DNA of 64,000 nt from assembly GCA_964276515.1 (NCBI GenBank), contig OZ193910.1, positions 1,116,001 to 1,180,000 on the forward strand, given 5' to 3'. This DNA comes from Gordius albopunctatus. Taxonomy: Eukaryota. Positions within the stretch are counted from its first letter, which is position 1; each line of letters opens with the position of its first letter. A model generated the notes under the pieces. It had not been told where the DNA came from. It saw only the letters and a program-made list of their open reading frames with translations, and searched no databases. The translations under genes and the position numbers were made by a program. Positions 1 to 11,931 of this stretch are shown one piece after another.

Positions 1-30
1 CTCGGAATAAGTATTTAAAACTGTAATAAA

Positions 31-222
31 TCTATTTAATTAATAATAAATATTCCTTTTTCATTAAGTTAATATTTATTTTCATAATATAAAATTTTTT
101 TTTCACATCACAAACTCTCTTTCAGCTGACCCAAATTCTTTCATATATTTCCTATTGCTAGGTACCAATTATTTAGCCAAATAAGTACTAAGCCAAAGCA
201 ACGCTTGGCCGGGCACAGCTAG
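31..222 (+). mobile_element. Small non-autonomous Helitron (copies 23559-23750 on minus, 47841-48032)
   Basis: 5' A|TCTATTTAAT, 3' hairpin GCCAAAGC-AAC-GCTTGGC followed by ...CAGCTAG|T; inserted at an AT dinucleotide with no TSD, inside a hAT-like remnant. Confidence 0.65.
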
Positions 223-489
223 TATTTTATAAAGTTAGATTTTAGTTTAAAATTATTAGATGAATAAATTTAGTGAAAATGGATTTCTTACAAGCTTATT
301 CTTGTAAATTGAGATTAATAACATTCTAATGCATTTTATATTTGGATGGTGAAATAGATATCAAAAATATAATTTTTTTAAAATTTTATTTGAAAATTCG
401 GGTCGGGCTCGGGTCGGGCTCAAAAATAAAAAGTTTTTCGGGCTTGGGGGATTGGTGAAAAGGCAATGACTAGATTGCAATCCTGGTTG

Positions 490-1545
490 GCGTCGCATGA
501 AGGTAAGCGAGGGACCGCGACATTAAACTTGCATCCAAATCTATTTGGGCATAGAATTGTAGGATATTAACTCCTAAATTGACATTGTCATTCCATAGTG
601 ACAAGGCTTGATTGATGAAATGATTGAGTGAGAAATGGATTGTTTAAAAGATAGGGAGGAAGAGATAAAAGTGGCTAAGGAAATCGCAGTTGGTTGGAGA
701 CCACAAGATTTTGTAAGAAGAGTGGCTTGAAGCCAAGTATTTCTGCAAAAAGATCAACTGAAAAGCAATTCGAGCCTGGATTTAGAAAGCTTTGATAATT
801 TTGTAAATATTTTAAATAAGAAAGCTTGCGGGGAATGGAGACAAAATAAAATTTTGCTTAAGTTGTAAGAATTTTTTATAATTGGAAGTAATGGTGAGAG
901 GGCATATATTCAAAAATTTCTTATTTGGTTTTAAAAATGGAAAGTTTTTCGTCTAAAAAGTTTCTAAAATACTCGAGTGTCCCGATAGGTGCGCCTAAAA
1001 CATACATGTCATCTTTTTTTAATTTGGGCAAAGTTAAAGAACTTTGAGTGAATAATATCCAAGTCAGTATAAATTTCACTTTTTGAGGGTTTAAAGATAA
1101 GTTTAAATTGGGATAATAATGAAATACATCTACGGCTTGAATCAGGTTTTCAGGAGTGCTGACAAGAGGGGCATCATTTAGTTCTACCCAACATTAAGGG
1201 TGAGTTTAAAAAGTTTTTTAATCTCATTAATTACGTTATTTATAGCCAAACATAATAAATGGGGGGGGGGCTATGGGGTCGCCATGTTGGATCCTCTTAT
1301 TCAAGGAAGAATTCTCCGAATTTCAGCATCGAAGGGCGTCACTGACTTAAAATGATGTACTACTTGGTTTAATGCGGAAATAGCTTGAAAATCATTGATG
1401 AATGCTGTTCGAGGAATGCTATTAAAATAATTTTAAAAATCCAGTTTAGGAGTCAGCCAGAGTGGTGAGGTGTTGCAGGGCTAAGCGTGCGCCATGGGTA
1501 GCTATCTCGCACCCTCATAGGGCTTTAAAGCCTAGTTGATGCGGA
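490..1545 (-). pseudogene. Degenerate reverse transcriptase of a CRE-clade non-LTR retrotransposon (copy at 48300-49355)
   Basis: Mirror of 22240-23290; same motifs with stops and frameshifts. Confidence 0.75.
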
Positions 1546-2319
1546 ATAAATGGCCGGGTGATGATAGCTTAGAATATGTTTTATACAAGGTCGCGGCGCT
1601 TTCATCAAATATGTACATTAGTTTATCCAGAAATGTTATCTCTCTCATTCGTCATGTATAGCTGCATGTAAGGTAATATATTTTTTGTTAAAATGCACTC
1701 AACAACAAAACGTTATTAAAGAATCTGTTGAAAGCTCAATATATCGTCTTCAATTGTTTTATACTATGTTATAATTGTTTTATGAATCCCACCGGAGAGT
1801 AGCACGTAAATGTTAGGCCAAAACATTTTTGTCACCTTATTCTTCAATTCCTTTATTTAGTGAATTGCCTCCTTTCGAAAATAGCTTAAGCGCTTTCCAA
1901 ATATTTTACTTATCGAGGATATGTAGGTAAACTGATTTTGCTGCCATCTTCTATAAGCTAATCATTAGCAAGCACTACTAAGCTATTAATTAATATCCAA
2001 TTTTTTTACGTATATTTATAACTAGGTTCAAGGAATAATCTATAATTTTAATGAATCGATGCAATGGCAATCAAAAACATACATAATATTTGTATTTGCT
2101 TCTAGCTTTTGATTAAAATTCTACGACCATGGGGGTAGGCAACTTTGGAATTAGATAATTGGAGAATGAACATTTCAATTGGATGGACAGCTTGTAACTG
2201 GGATGACAATTCCTAATATAGAAAAACGCGAATATGTATACCTACTAATAATTCATTAAGACTTAAATTGGATGTCGGCCGCCTCGTATCAACTGACACA
2301 TAACTTTAAAAATTAATTA

Positions 2320-3248
2320 GGGGAGACTGGGGCAAGTGGTAGCCCGGGGTTACTATTATATTTTTGCTTATTTTTTAAAATAATAATGATATTAAATCAA
2401 AATTTAAACTAAATGTGTATTTTTCTATAAGGTAAAAGTAAAAAAATTTTTGTTTCGAAAAAATAAAATTTAAAATTTTTATAGAACAAAAAACGCTTTT
2501 TCGGGGCTATTAGTAGCCTTGACAAATTTTTTTATTTTGGACATAAAATTTTAATTTAACTCTTATCTTATATGTAAAGGGAGATTTTTTATATAAAAAC
2601 CATCTAATGATTAAATTTTTATATGCAATATAACATCTTAATTTATTGATTGTTTATGAAAAGATGGGTCGGGGCTAGTCGGAGAGGTGGCTATTGCTAG
2701 CCATTTTTCATTGTGTCTTACAAATGACAAGATTTAAAAAACAAAAATCTTGTTTATAATTCAACTTACTGTAATTAGGAATATAAATATGATTATACTT
2801 TAAAAAAATGACTAAAACCTTTTTTACATAGCAGAAAATGTCTTTTAGATGTACTTAAGTCAGATTGTCATCTTGACCCTTTTTTATTTGTTTTATATAA
2901 AATACAGTCATATTACTTTTGCAGTTTCTACATTTTTTTTATAATGAAACAATCTTTTTATCGATTTGAGTTAGCCTTAGCATACACTACACTAATAAGA
3001 AGTGAAAACGTCAGAGTTAATCTATCGGCTATGACTAGCCCCGGGCATTTTTTAAATTTTTTGGATTTTTGTTTTTTTTTTAAAACTTAATTTGTGAGAA
3101 ATCTATTAATTATTTCCCTCCAAATTTCTTTCCTATAGTAAAAATAGACCTTAAAAATATATCCCAACAAAAAAGTTGGAAAAATAATTTTTAGTTTTTT
3201 TTGAAACGCGTTTTAATTTTTTATGGCTAGAGTAGCCCCGGTCTCCCC
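2320..3248. mobile_element. 929-bp non-autonomous DNA transposon, pogo/Tc1-mariner type
   Basis: TA|GGGGAGACTGGGGC ... GCCCCGGTCTCCCC|TA: TIRs plus TA TSD; internal GGGGCTA/TAGCCCC motifs. Confidence 0.88.
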
Positions 3249-4264
3249 TAACTGTTAGTAAATATTATACATATTCTACCACCAAAATCGCTAACAATTC
3301 TTGTAAGTTGGATTTAAAATAACTAATAGTATATATATAAATATATCTAGGAAACTGTTTACTTTTTTAATTTCAATATATAAGAGCTTTACAACTCTTA
3401 ATTTAAATATCAGGCTCAAAGTGTAGGTCTTTTCAGTCTAATATCACAACTTCATCTTTTGAAAAAGGCGTGGCAGGTCGAAAATTGGTAGGATAGCGGT
3501 TAAAAATTTAGAGATAAAATCCTTTAACCTTATTTAAAATAGCAATGATGACTTATAAATATAAAATTTGACAAAGAACACAATTGATAACATTCTTTGC
3601 ATTAAGTTGTGTGGACTTTACCCGTATTTAACTCTTTTAGAAAAATAAATTATACATTGAAAATGAATAACAGCCCCCCCCCCCATATCCCTATTACTCA
3701 AAATAAAAATAGGTGATGGGAAACACAAACTAGCTACTTTCATTTTTATCACTTGTCTTTCCTGCAACAACTTTGAGTTTCTATTATATGAGAAAATGTA
3801 AAAATTTTAGACATTTTTTAGTATGCCACATAAACGTTTGAAAAAATAACTAATTTTATCTTGACAAAATACTAATGTTAGAGTTAACATAGTTATCATT
3901 TGATGAGGCAGAAGGACTAGTTTTTAGCAATTATATTACAAATTAATGTTTTTAAACGATGCCAAAAATTAACATCTATTTCATCACTGTATCATCTCAC
4001 TTTTAAAATGTTTGTATTATTCATCTGCTAGTTGTAGTTACATTATCGTTCAAACATTTTATTAAATCAATCTACGATGGAGTTATAGTAAACATAAGGA
4101 ATCCTCTCCTCCTATCACAGCCTGCCAACAACTATATTTAGGTTGGGCCACGTTGTTTGTTTTCCTTTTCATTGAGCCAATGAGGAAAGGGCTATTATTA
4201 CAAAATAACATTCATCCTAACTTCCTCAAATATTTTATAATATCATTAATTTAATTTATTCATA

Positions 4265-5543
4265 ATGAAACAACTATATCACGTATTCATTGCGTTTCTA
4301 ATATTTAGTATTGCTTTCGAAGGCTACAACTTTTGCTGTCCAGTATATAATGAAGTAAACCTTGTTCTATACCTGTTCACATTAAGGAAAAATATATATT
4401 AATAATCATAACAATTTTATGTTTAAAATTCAAAGAATATTGTTTAGATCAATTGATAAATGTAATTTTAGGGTTCACCAAAAGTTTCTCTTGACTTAAA
4501 CGGGACTATTGCTCTACCTGTAATGAATGCAACCTACGCACTATACATGATCGGAGGTGAGATGCCATTCCTCAAAATTTTATATTTTTTTAATTTTATT
4601 TCATTCTCTCTTAATTAAGTTGCCTTTATATTTTAAGTTATTCCTCTCAAGATTTAGTTAGAATCCTAAGATTGAAGAATTTTAGTTTGCGTTTTTAATA
4701 AGATCAATGAAATGGTATTAGGCGATATATATCTAAATTGTTTTACCACAAGACCTAGCTACCGCTTAATGGAATTTTCTGTTTAATGTGTTTAAATTTG
4801 AATCCTTTCGCTAAGAAATATTACTTTTTGTTAAATAATATAGTATAAGGCTTACTTACGCCTATATATAATCAATACTATGATTGAAAAGTTGACATTT
4901 TTATGTAGAGTATGAGAAGGATAAATTTAATAGTTATGGTGTATTCTACAAGTCCGATGAAAATTCGAAATACGAAGCTCTAACAAGGAAGGATTATGAA
5001 TTTATACCAGGTAGCCATTGCAAATTTGTCATATTACACAAATAAAAAGCTACATATGGTTATAAAAAGATGACGTGTTAATAAATTAAATAATTATATA
5101 AATTAATTTTTTAACGTAGTGGAGAGAAGTTAGGAATTTTGTGTGCCTTAGATTCTTATTTGACTCTGTTTGTACAATAATGTTTAATGATTCGGTTAAT
5201 CTTATATAAAAAATCTTCACAACGAATTTCTTGCATTTTATTTTTAAATAAATTTAATTGAGATAATAACAACACATATATTATGTGTTATTAAAGGGAA
5301 AACATATTTGGCTATGCAATGGAAACTCACTAATCCTTTACAACAAGACTGGATCCCCACTTTCAAGTAAATAAGTTTTGATGTTATTGAACAACGTTTC
5401 AATTTAGCACATCTTTATACGAAGGTCATGAACGGTTTGAAATGACGAAAAAAGGTCTGGGTGATAATGGGTGGAATTCATTGCTTTGTGCTAAATTTTC
5501 AGTTAGCCATCAATGTCAATCATATAGACTTCATATTGGTTAA
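4265..5543 (+). CDS. Spliced gene for an uncharacterised signal-peptide protein; minimal model 160 aa, exons 4265-4354, 4472-4556, 4909-5010, 5297-5366, 5408-5543
   Basis: MKQLYHVFIAFLIFSIAFEG signal-like N-terminus; four GT..AG introns with compatible phases (0,1,1,2); N-glycosylation sequons NGT, NAT, NTS; CCAAT at ~4177. Further exon-like blocks out to 6543 do not all join in frame. Confidence 0.62.
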
Positions 5544-5717
5544 TCAAACATAACAATATTTTTGAGTTGATATTATGTAACGTTGGAGTTGTGCTGAATA
5601 AACTTAATTACACCACATCATAGTATGTATGTATACTTCTTTCCCTTTCAAAAACTGATTTTTTGTTAAGAAGCTGCTTACCAAAAGTTATTATAATATT
5701 TAATTCCCCCTACCCAG

Positions 5718-6543
5718 CCAAATGATGATATTACTAACTTAAAGACATTTTATATTATCCATCGTCGTAGGTTAAACATTAAATTTGTACAAAATAAAAG
5801 ATGACGCTAAATTTGATGGGCACAATTTTCGCAGACATTTTTCCATGTTACTCATCCTAATTTATAGAAAATCAAAGGCATTTTTATTTGCTATGCAATT
5901 TGGTTCTTTTTATCATTGATTTAAGGCAAAATGATCAAATACAGTAAAAATCTTCGGTACTTTACATAAACTACACTTTTACACAAAAAAGGTTTGCTAA
6001 GTATGCTGAGTGCAAAAATTAAATAGTTTAATATGCCATATTGTATACAATAAAACTTGAGTGGAGTTCAATATAAACCTCATTGATAACCGAATTCATA
6101 ACAATGGCAGGCATCAAATGTCATGCTATTCTAATCTTAATAAACTTAAAATCTTAACAGTGCAACCTTAAACGTAGATATCCCCAATGATGTTCTAACC
6201 AGCATAGACAAATTTAGGATGTTACAACTTTATCATACACAATGCTTAGGTATATTCACCTAATTTATATAATTATTAATTATTAGATACGGTATTAAAC
6301 TAAAGGAGTTCCCTTTTAACGTTTGTAATACTCTCTGGCTTAGGATATTTTGGCTATCTGTGTGTGATTTAAAAAGTTCTGTTGTGAATTTCTTGATGGG
6401 AAATTTGTGCTTTCCATAGGGAGCCTGAGCTGAGAGCTGCATGTTTTGACAAAGTTGCAAACTTCCCATATTTTAGAAATTACAAAAAATTAAGGTTTTT
6501 TCCACACGAGGAATCTAAAATAAGGATTCTGAAAAAGACATAA
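5718..6543 (+). pseudogene. Exon-like downstream blocks of the same gene, including a hydrophobic segment (SSLLTFVILSGLGYFGYL) and a terminal exon 6420-6543
   Basis: Acceptor and donor sites around open blocks (e.g. 6161-6249 ATLNVDIPNDVLTSIDKFRMLQLYHTQCL; 6420-6543 EPELRAACFDKVANFPYF...*), but there is an in-frame TAA at 6301 and phases conflict. Confidence 0.4.
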
Positions 6544-7030
6544 TCTAATACAGATTTATTTCAATACATATTTTTACCCTGAAAATCAATAACGTAATTT
6601 CTTTAACAATACTGAAATTGGAAAGCTTTCGTTTAAATACATAAAACTGTAATAGTTTAAAATATTTTTAGTATATTATAAAAAGAAGTGGTTTGTATAA
6701 ATAATACTGATGCTAGTGAAATCATCTGAAGAATTTTTTTAAATAGTGCTTACTTAATGAATTTAGGCCATTTATAGATCGCTCGATTATTAGTTTAAGG
6801 TAGCACCTCTCTCATTATAAAATGGAGCAAATATCTTTTTGCAACACTTATAAGACTGATAAAAACTAGAGTTAAATGTGTTCAAAAAAGGATATTTCTT
6901 TAGAATATAAGCTTTTAAGGGTCTTGAGCAGTATTGTAGCTCAATCAGAGATACTAATTGGTTTTGGGGGCAATAGGTGCTTATCGATGTAATTAGTAAT
7001 AAAAAAATAACTATAACCGCAAGGTTGAAA

Positions 7031-7793
7031 ATTTTAAAATACCTTCGGGTCGGGTCGGGTTGAAGGTTATAAATCTTATATTGCATAACAAACATATCTT
7101 TCAAATTAATGCTATTACATATAAAACATTTTTTAATTAATATCGAAATGTATCATTAATTAATCTCATTCATTCATTTTGTATCTGGCCAATTTCAAAC
7201 TCTACATAGGTAAAATATATAATAACTATAATATTTATTATTAATTAAGTGAATTATTATGGATCCACATAAATTACAGAAGCTGATTGACAATAAAATC
7301 TTTAGAGTGGAAAAGAATTTGGTTGGTAAATCCAAGGTTTGGCAATTATTCCATTTCATATATGACGAAAATGACAAGATAATAGACTTTGTTAGATGCT
7401 CAACCTCTTTTCGTGTCTGGTCGTTTTTGGGTTGAAAAATTTTTAAACGCTATGGGTCGGGTCGGGTTCGGGTTGAAAAATTAAAAACGCTTTCGGGTCG
7501 GGTCGGTTCGGGTGGAAAAATTAAAAACGCTTTCGGTTCGGGTTCGGGTTGAAAAATTAAAAAAGCTTTCGGGTCGGGTTCGGGTGGAAAAATTAAAAAC
7601 GCTTTCCGGTCGGGTTCGGGTGGAAAAATTACAAACGCTTTCGGGTTGGGTTCGGGTTGAAAAATTAAAAACGCTTTCGGGTCGGGTTCGGGTTGAAAAA
7701 TTAAAAACGCTTTCGGGTCGGGTTCGGGTTGAAAAACTAAAAACACTTTCGGGTCGGGTTCGGGTTGAAAAAATGTGACTTTGCAGGGCTCTA
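7031..7793 (+). mobile_element. hAT deletion derivative, left TIR lost (copies 15990-16752, 32401-33163, 38428-39190, 54841-55603)
   Basis: Both ends are homologous to the TSD-flanked element at 61415-62062 (ATTTTAAAATACCTT... and ...GTGACTTTGCAGGGCTCTA). Confidence 0.8.
7427..7772 (+). repeat. 36-bp tandem array, ~9 copies, TCGGGTTGAAAAATTAAAAACGCTTTCGGGTCGGGT (also ~16011-16356, 32422-32767, 38824-39169, 55237-55582)
   Basis: Head-to-tail repeats with no spacers, directly inside a hAT TIR; explains the 12-aa periodic ORFs. Confidence 0.92.
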
Positions 7794-8053
7794 CCTCCTA
7801 TATTTAGGTAGTAAAAAATCGTTAGACCAATAATCAAGCACTCTAAACAGTTTTTCTTATTCAAAGTTAAAAACATAATTAAAATGATGAAGTATAGAAA
7901 GCGGATAAAATGACAAACCTGCTAGAAAAAACTGGCCAGCTGTCGAAAAGGAATTTTAAACAAATTAGTGAAAAATAAATAAAGTTAAAGGCTATTGTTG
8001 GCTTACACGGTCCGGACCCTGTTTATTTCGCCAAGGCGGATAATTTAGAAGTA

Positions 8054-9544
8054 GGGGAGACCGGGGCTATTCCTTTACCGGGGCTATACACGTCCTCTCA
8101 ATTAATTTTGTCATTTATGCTTATTTTGACCTCAAATTTTAATCTTAAATGTACTTTATTAAGGCACATATTAGGCACAAAAAATATTTGGGTTAACTTT
8201 TGTTACAAAAAAATTATGCAGAAAATAAGATTTTTCGGGGCTAAAACGTCCTTTTTTAAATTTTCGAATTTTGTCCATTATTCACAAATTAATTGTTCCG
8301 CCAACTTTAAACATATACTAAAGTAATAAGTATTGACTCTTTTACTATATTTATGTGTAAATTTATAAATTTGACGAGTTTAATCAGCTATAAAAACAAC
8401 TTAAAGTGCAATGATCATGCTGGGGCTATCGCGGCCGGGGCTATCGTTTCCCTTTCACTCATTCATTATTTAATATGGTGCAATAATTCTATATCTTAAT
8501 TCCATTTTTGATAATTATCCACTTAATATGACATTTTGGTATCAATAAAGCATTTAAATCATTGATTCTAAAACAAAAATCTTAGGAAAGGCACTTTTTT
8601 AAATCATTTTATAAAGCTTTATATTAATAGGTTATAAACTTTTTAGTATTTTTACAATTTAAGCAAACTCCCTTAAGTCATTAATTTTAACATAAAAAGC
8701 ACAAATATCTGATAATAAAATTATTATTTGAAACTTTATAAAGCCTGTATAAACTTATGTTTCTGCAATTTATGCCATGCACTTAGTCTATATCATTTAC
8801 AGTTTAATTTATCAATGCCTAATTCATGGGTAGAATATGAATAAGCAGGTGCTGATTGGTTTTCATCTTTTATTAAAAGACCTGATTTTATTAAGGACTC
8901 CAGTATGCAATAAATTTAAACTTTAATTCCATTTCATGATTGTCAAGTTTATGTGACACTTTTATATTAATAAAACATTAAAATCAATGATTTCAACTTA
9001 ATAATCTCTGTAAAAACACATTTACCTTATATTCTGTTTATGAAGCTTTATAAGCTATAAAAGAAAAACGTAATATTTAACAATATTATAAATTATCATG
9101 TGAAACTTTATATTATAAGCTATAAAAGACAAACTTAATATTTAACAATATTATAAAATATCATATGAAACTTTATAAGCTATAAAAGACAAACTTTTAA
9201 TATCTAGCAATATTATAAATAGCAATATTATAATTTATTATATGAAACTTTATAGCTTTAAAAAACAAATTTATAATATTATAGCAATTATAAATTATTG
9301 TATGAAACTATATATGTTATGAAAGATAAACTTTTACTATTTTAGAAATTATAAATTATTATATGATACTTGATATACTACAAAAGACAAACTTTTAATA
9401 TTTAAGCACATCACATAAGTTATTTATACTATTTAAACTTTAAATTATAGAGGACACCTTAGCCCCTTTTGAAGGTCACCTTAACCCCGGTCATTTTTCG
9501 AAGTTATACGAGTTGTCTTTTTTTTGAAACCTTTCTATAAAAAA
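8054..9544 (+). mobile_element. pogo-type element truncated at the repeat-unit junction (copies 14239-15729, 30650-32140, 39451-40941)
   Basis: TA|GGGGAGACCGGGGCTA left TIR; relic MPNSWVEYE*AGADWFSSFIKR (CENP-B/pogo HTH-like) at ~8815-8880; AT-rich internal repeats at ~9040-9400; right end missing. Confidence 0.85.
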
Positions 9545-10061
9545 GAGGTATTTGTATTTTTTCACTTTCTTTCTCTCAGTAGAAGAGATGAGGTCGGAAG
9601 AGGCGTTAGATTTGTCAAATATATCCCCTGTAGTGAAGTCCCAGCAGGCGTTTAGGCCACGAGCCCACGGGATGATTATTACACCGTCGGGTCTTTTACC
9701 GTCAATGGAGCTTAGGCCAGTGGGTTCCATTGAGTTGGGAAAGCCGGCTTTCTTTAAAAATTATCCGAGTATTTTATTTATTGTGGCATGACTAGGATGC
9801 CGCCCCTTGCTGTATTGGCAGTGTAGAGGATGAGGGCCTTTTGCTAGAACGGGTTGGCGACAGAGGTCGGAGTTGAATGGGGACACAATGTCGCAGCCGA
9901 GGCGTAGGCCTAGAGCTATTTGAAGTTCCTCGCCCGACAAGTGTAACCCTAGGCTTTGGCTTGGTTCAAGCCATTGAAGTGGAGATTTCCCAAAGATAGG
10001 TTGTTCGAAGTGAGGTAAGCTACGGAACGTGCTATCAGTGGTAAATCCCATTCCTTTTGGG
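9545..10061 (-). pseudogene. CRE-clade non-LTR retrotransposon C-terminus: zinc knuckle plus restriction-like endonuclease (copies 13722-14238, 30133-30649, 40942-41458)
   Basis: LGLHL..EELQIALGLRLG, C..HPLHC...GRHPSH..IN, EPTGLSSIDGKRPDGVIIIPWARG..WDFT; stops and frameshifts present. Confidence 0.85.
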
Positions 10062-11081
10062 TAGTGTTGTAAATGAAAGGCTTTTTTTGGTGAACTTTGA
10101 ACGTGAACGCTTTCCTTTTTTTGATGAACGCGTTCGAATTTAATGTTCGTTCAATTTTAAAAACCCCTTTTTATTTTTATTTATTTGAAAATTAATGTTA
10201 ATCCGAATTTTTAACAAAAAAGTCTTATATTTTTTTATCATCTGTTTTTCTGCTTCCTATTACCAATTCCGAAATACTTTAAACATACCATAACGTGCAA
10301 AAGAAGATAAGATTAAAGTTAATTAGTTTGATATTATTAATTATAGTTTAATTTATAGGTTAATATGGACAATCATAATATTATATCGTCGTCATCTTCA
10401 GATTCTGAATATTCAAAATCAGAAGATGAATTGTCATTGCCATGGCCAAAATATGAAAAATATTTTTCACTCGTTTTATATAAAGGATCGAATTCAATAA
10501 TTAAAATGAACGTATAAAGAATAAACTTTTAGTGTTATTGAAAAAAGGGATTGAAACCCCTAGAATTGATAATGAAAGAGCTGTCAATTCCGAGATATCA
10601 TTTTTTGGCGAGGAAGTAGAGGGCGCATTGGAGGATGATATCTTGTCGCAATTTTTTGAAGCGAGGGACAAAACATTAAATGTTTTTAACAAATTTCCTC
10701 CTTTAAAAAATTTGTTTATTAAGTATAATACTCCGATCCTCTCATCTGAACCTGTGGAGCGAGTTTTTAGTATAGCTAATTCTGTATTAACTGCCAAGCG
10801 TTCCTGCTTATCAGGCGACAATTTTGAAAAGCAATTATTATTAAAAATCAATAAGAAATTTTTTTTATAAATAAATAATCTTTATATTTGCTCTATTAGA
10901 TTATATTGATTTATAATTATATTGTCGAAATAAAACTTTTATTTTTTATCATGGCTATTTATTTTATTGAAAAATATAAGAAATTTATGTATATTAAATT
11001 AAATTTTAAAAAAATTTATCATAAAATTTTTAACGAACGTGAACGCGTGCGTTCGATTTTTTTAAAATGTTTACAGCACTA
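10062..11081 (+). mobile_element. Internally deleted hAT (Ac/Tol2-like) element inserted in the CRE relic (copies 12702-13721, 29113-30132, 41459-42478)
   Basis: TIR TAGTGTTGTAAA / TTTACAGCACTA; 8-bp TSD CTTTTGGG / CTTTTGAG; subterminal GAACG repeats. Confidence 0.9.
10364..10870 (+). pseudogene. hAT transposase remnants: N-terminal piece plus C-terminal dimerisation domain
   Basis: MDNHN...LPWPKYEKYF, then FPPLKNLFIKYNTPILSSEPVERVFS...KRSCLSGDNFEKQLLLKIN (ORF 10532-10870); the catalytic core is deleted. Confidence 0.85.
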
Positions 11082-11089
11082 CTTTTGAG

Positions 11090-11240
11090 TGGTTCGAGTT
11101 GGGTGAGTTGCGGAATCAAGTTTGAGGTAATCCCATGTCAGAAGGCCATTGTCGAGGTGCGGGTCTTGTGTGTGAGTAATTTGTTTGACTAACTCATCCG
11201 TCGATAAACGGGATGAGATGAAACCTGCGAGTGAAAGTAA
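11090..11240 (-). pseudogene. Upstream continuation of the CRE relic split by the hAT insertion
   Basis: LSLAGFISSRLSTDELVKQ...TTQK joins in frame to EWDLPLIARSVAYL once the hAT and one TSD are removed. Confidence 0.7.
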
Positions 11241-11731
11241 ATGGGGGGGGGTTTGATTGTTTTTAGTGTTTCGATCTCGTTCTCGGTCCTGAAAGCAAAA
11301 TTTCGTCTCGTCTCAAGTGCGATCATGAGAATCTCGTCTCAGCCTAAAAAATCTCCCGTGTCGACTTTAAAAAAATATTATGCTGAATATAAATATTTTT
11401 TGATGTTATAAAATTATTAAATAAGTGATAAACTATTTATTTTAAGTGCAATATGAAAATAAGACTATAAATAAGGCTAAAGTATAGAATATAATTTTTT
11501 TTAGTTTTTGCGAACTATAACATCTATATCAACTTTACTGTCTCAAATATTAATACACAAAGTTTACCTATATTTATTTGACTTGGCTATAATTAAGGCT
11601 AATTGGGACACTCTTTTAACACCGGGTATAGCCTAAAGCTTATAGTAAAAACCCTTTCAAAGTAAACGTTTTAGTCCATTCATATTATTACCATCATCAA
11701 TTATAGCCCATATAGCCGCCACAAACGAGTG

Positions 11732-11931
11732 NNNNNNNNNNNNNNNNNNNNNNNNNNNNNNNNNNNNNNNNNNNNNNNNNNNNNNNNNNNNNNNNNNNNN
11801 NNNNNNNNNNNNNNNNNNNNNNNNNNNNNNNNNNNNNNNNNNNNNNNNNNNNNNNNNNNNNNNNNNNNNNNNNNNNNNNNNNNNNNNNNNNNNNNNNNNN
11901 NNNNNNNNNNNNNNNNNNNNNNNNNNNNNNN
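11732..11931. other. Assembly gap (200 N)
   Basis: Run of exactly 200 N, consistent with a fixed-size scaffolding gap. Confidence 0.99.

Larger units (their letters stand above)
1..11731 (+). repeat. Partial copy A of ~16.4-kb segmental repeat unit (forward)
   Basis: Matches 47811 onward at offset 47810 and 35825 onward at offset 31397; the same ORF set recurs; mirror image of 12052-23780. Confidence 0.97.

Noticed and set aside
4652..5543. MAM-domain resemblance in the amplified gene (W...DW, GH, LGDI.L.C)
   Set aside because: Too weak by eye; needs a profile search before any assignment.
6287..6420. Alternative genetic code to explain in-frame TAA codons
   Set aside because: TAA terminates the transposase relics at the expected C-termini, and frameshifts co-occur with the stops; ordinary decay is sufficient.
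6260..7377. Minus-strand ORFs of 60-104 aa and similar AT-rich short ORFs elsewhere
   Set aside because: F/I/L/K/N-biased chance ORFs, or antisense to exons and transposase remnants; they recur only because the DNA is duplicated.
7427..7772. 36-bp repeat array as a CRISPR array or telomeric repeat
   Set aside because: The repeats are contiguous with no unique spacers, there are no cas genes, the context is eukaryotic and the array sits inside a hAT TIR; GGGTT occurs only as part of the 36-mer.
7450..7876. Repetitive ORFs (FQPEPDPKAFLI, FSTRTRPESVFN, RVEKLKTLSGRV) and their copies
   Set aside because: By-products of a stop-free 36-bp tandem repeat that is open in several frames.
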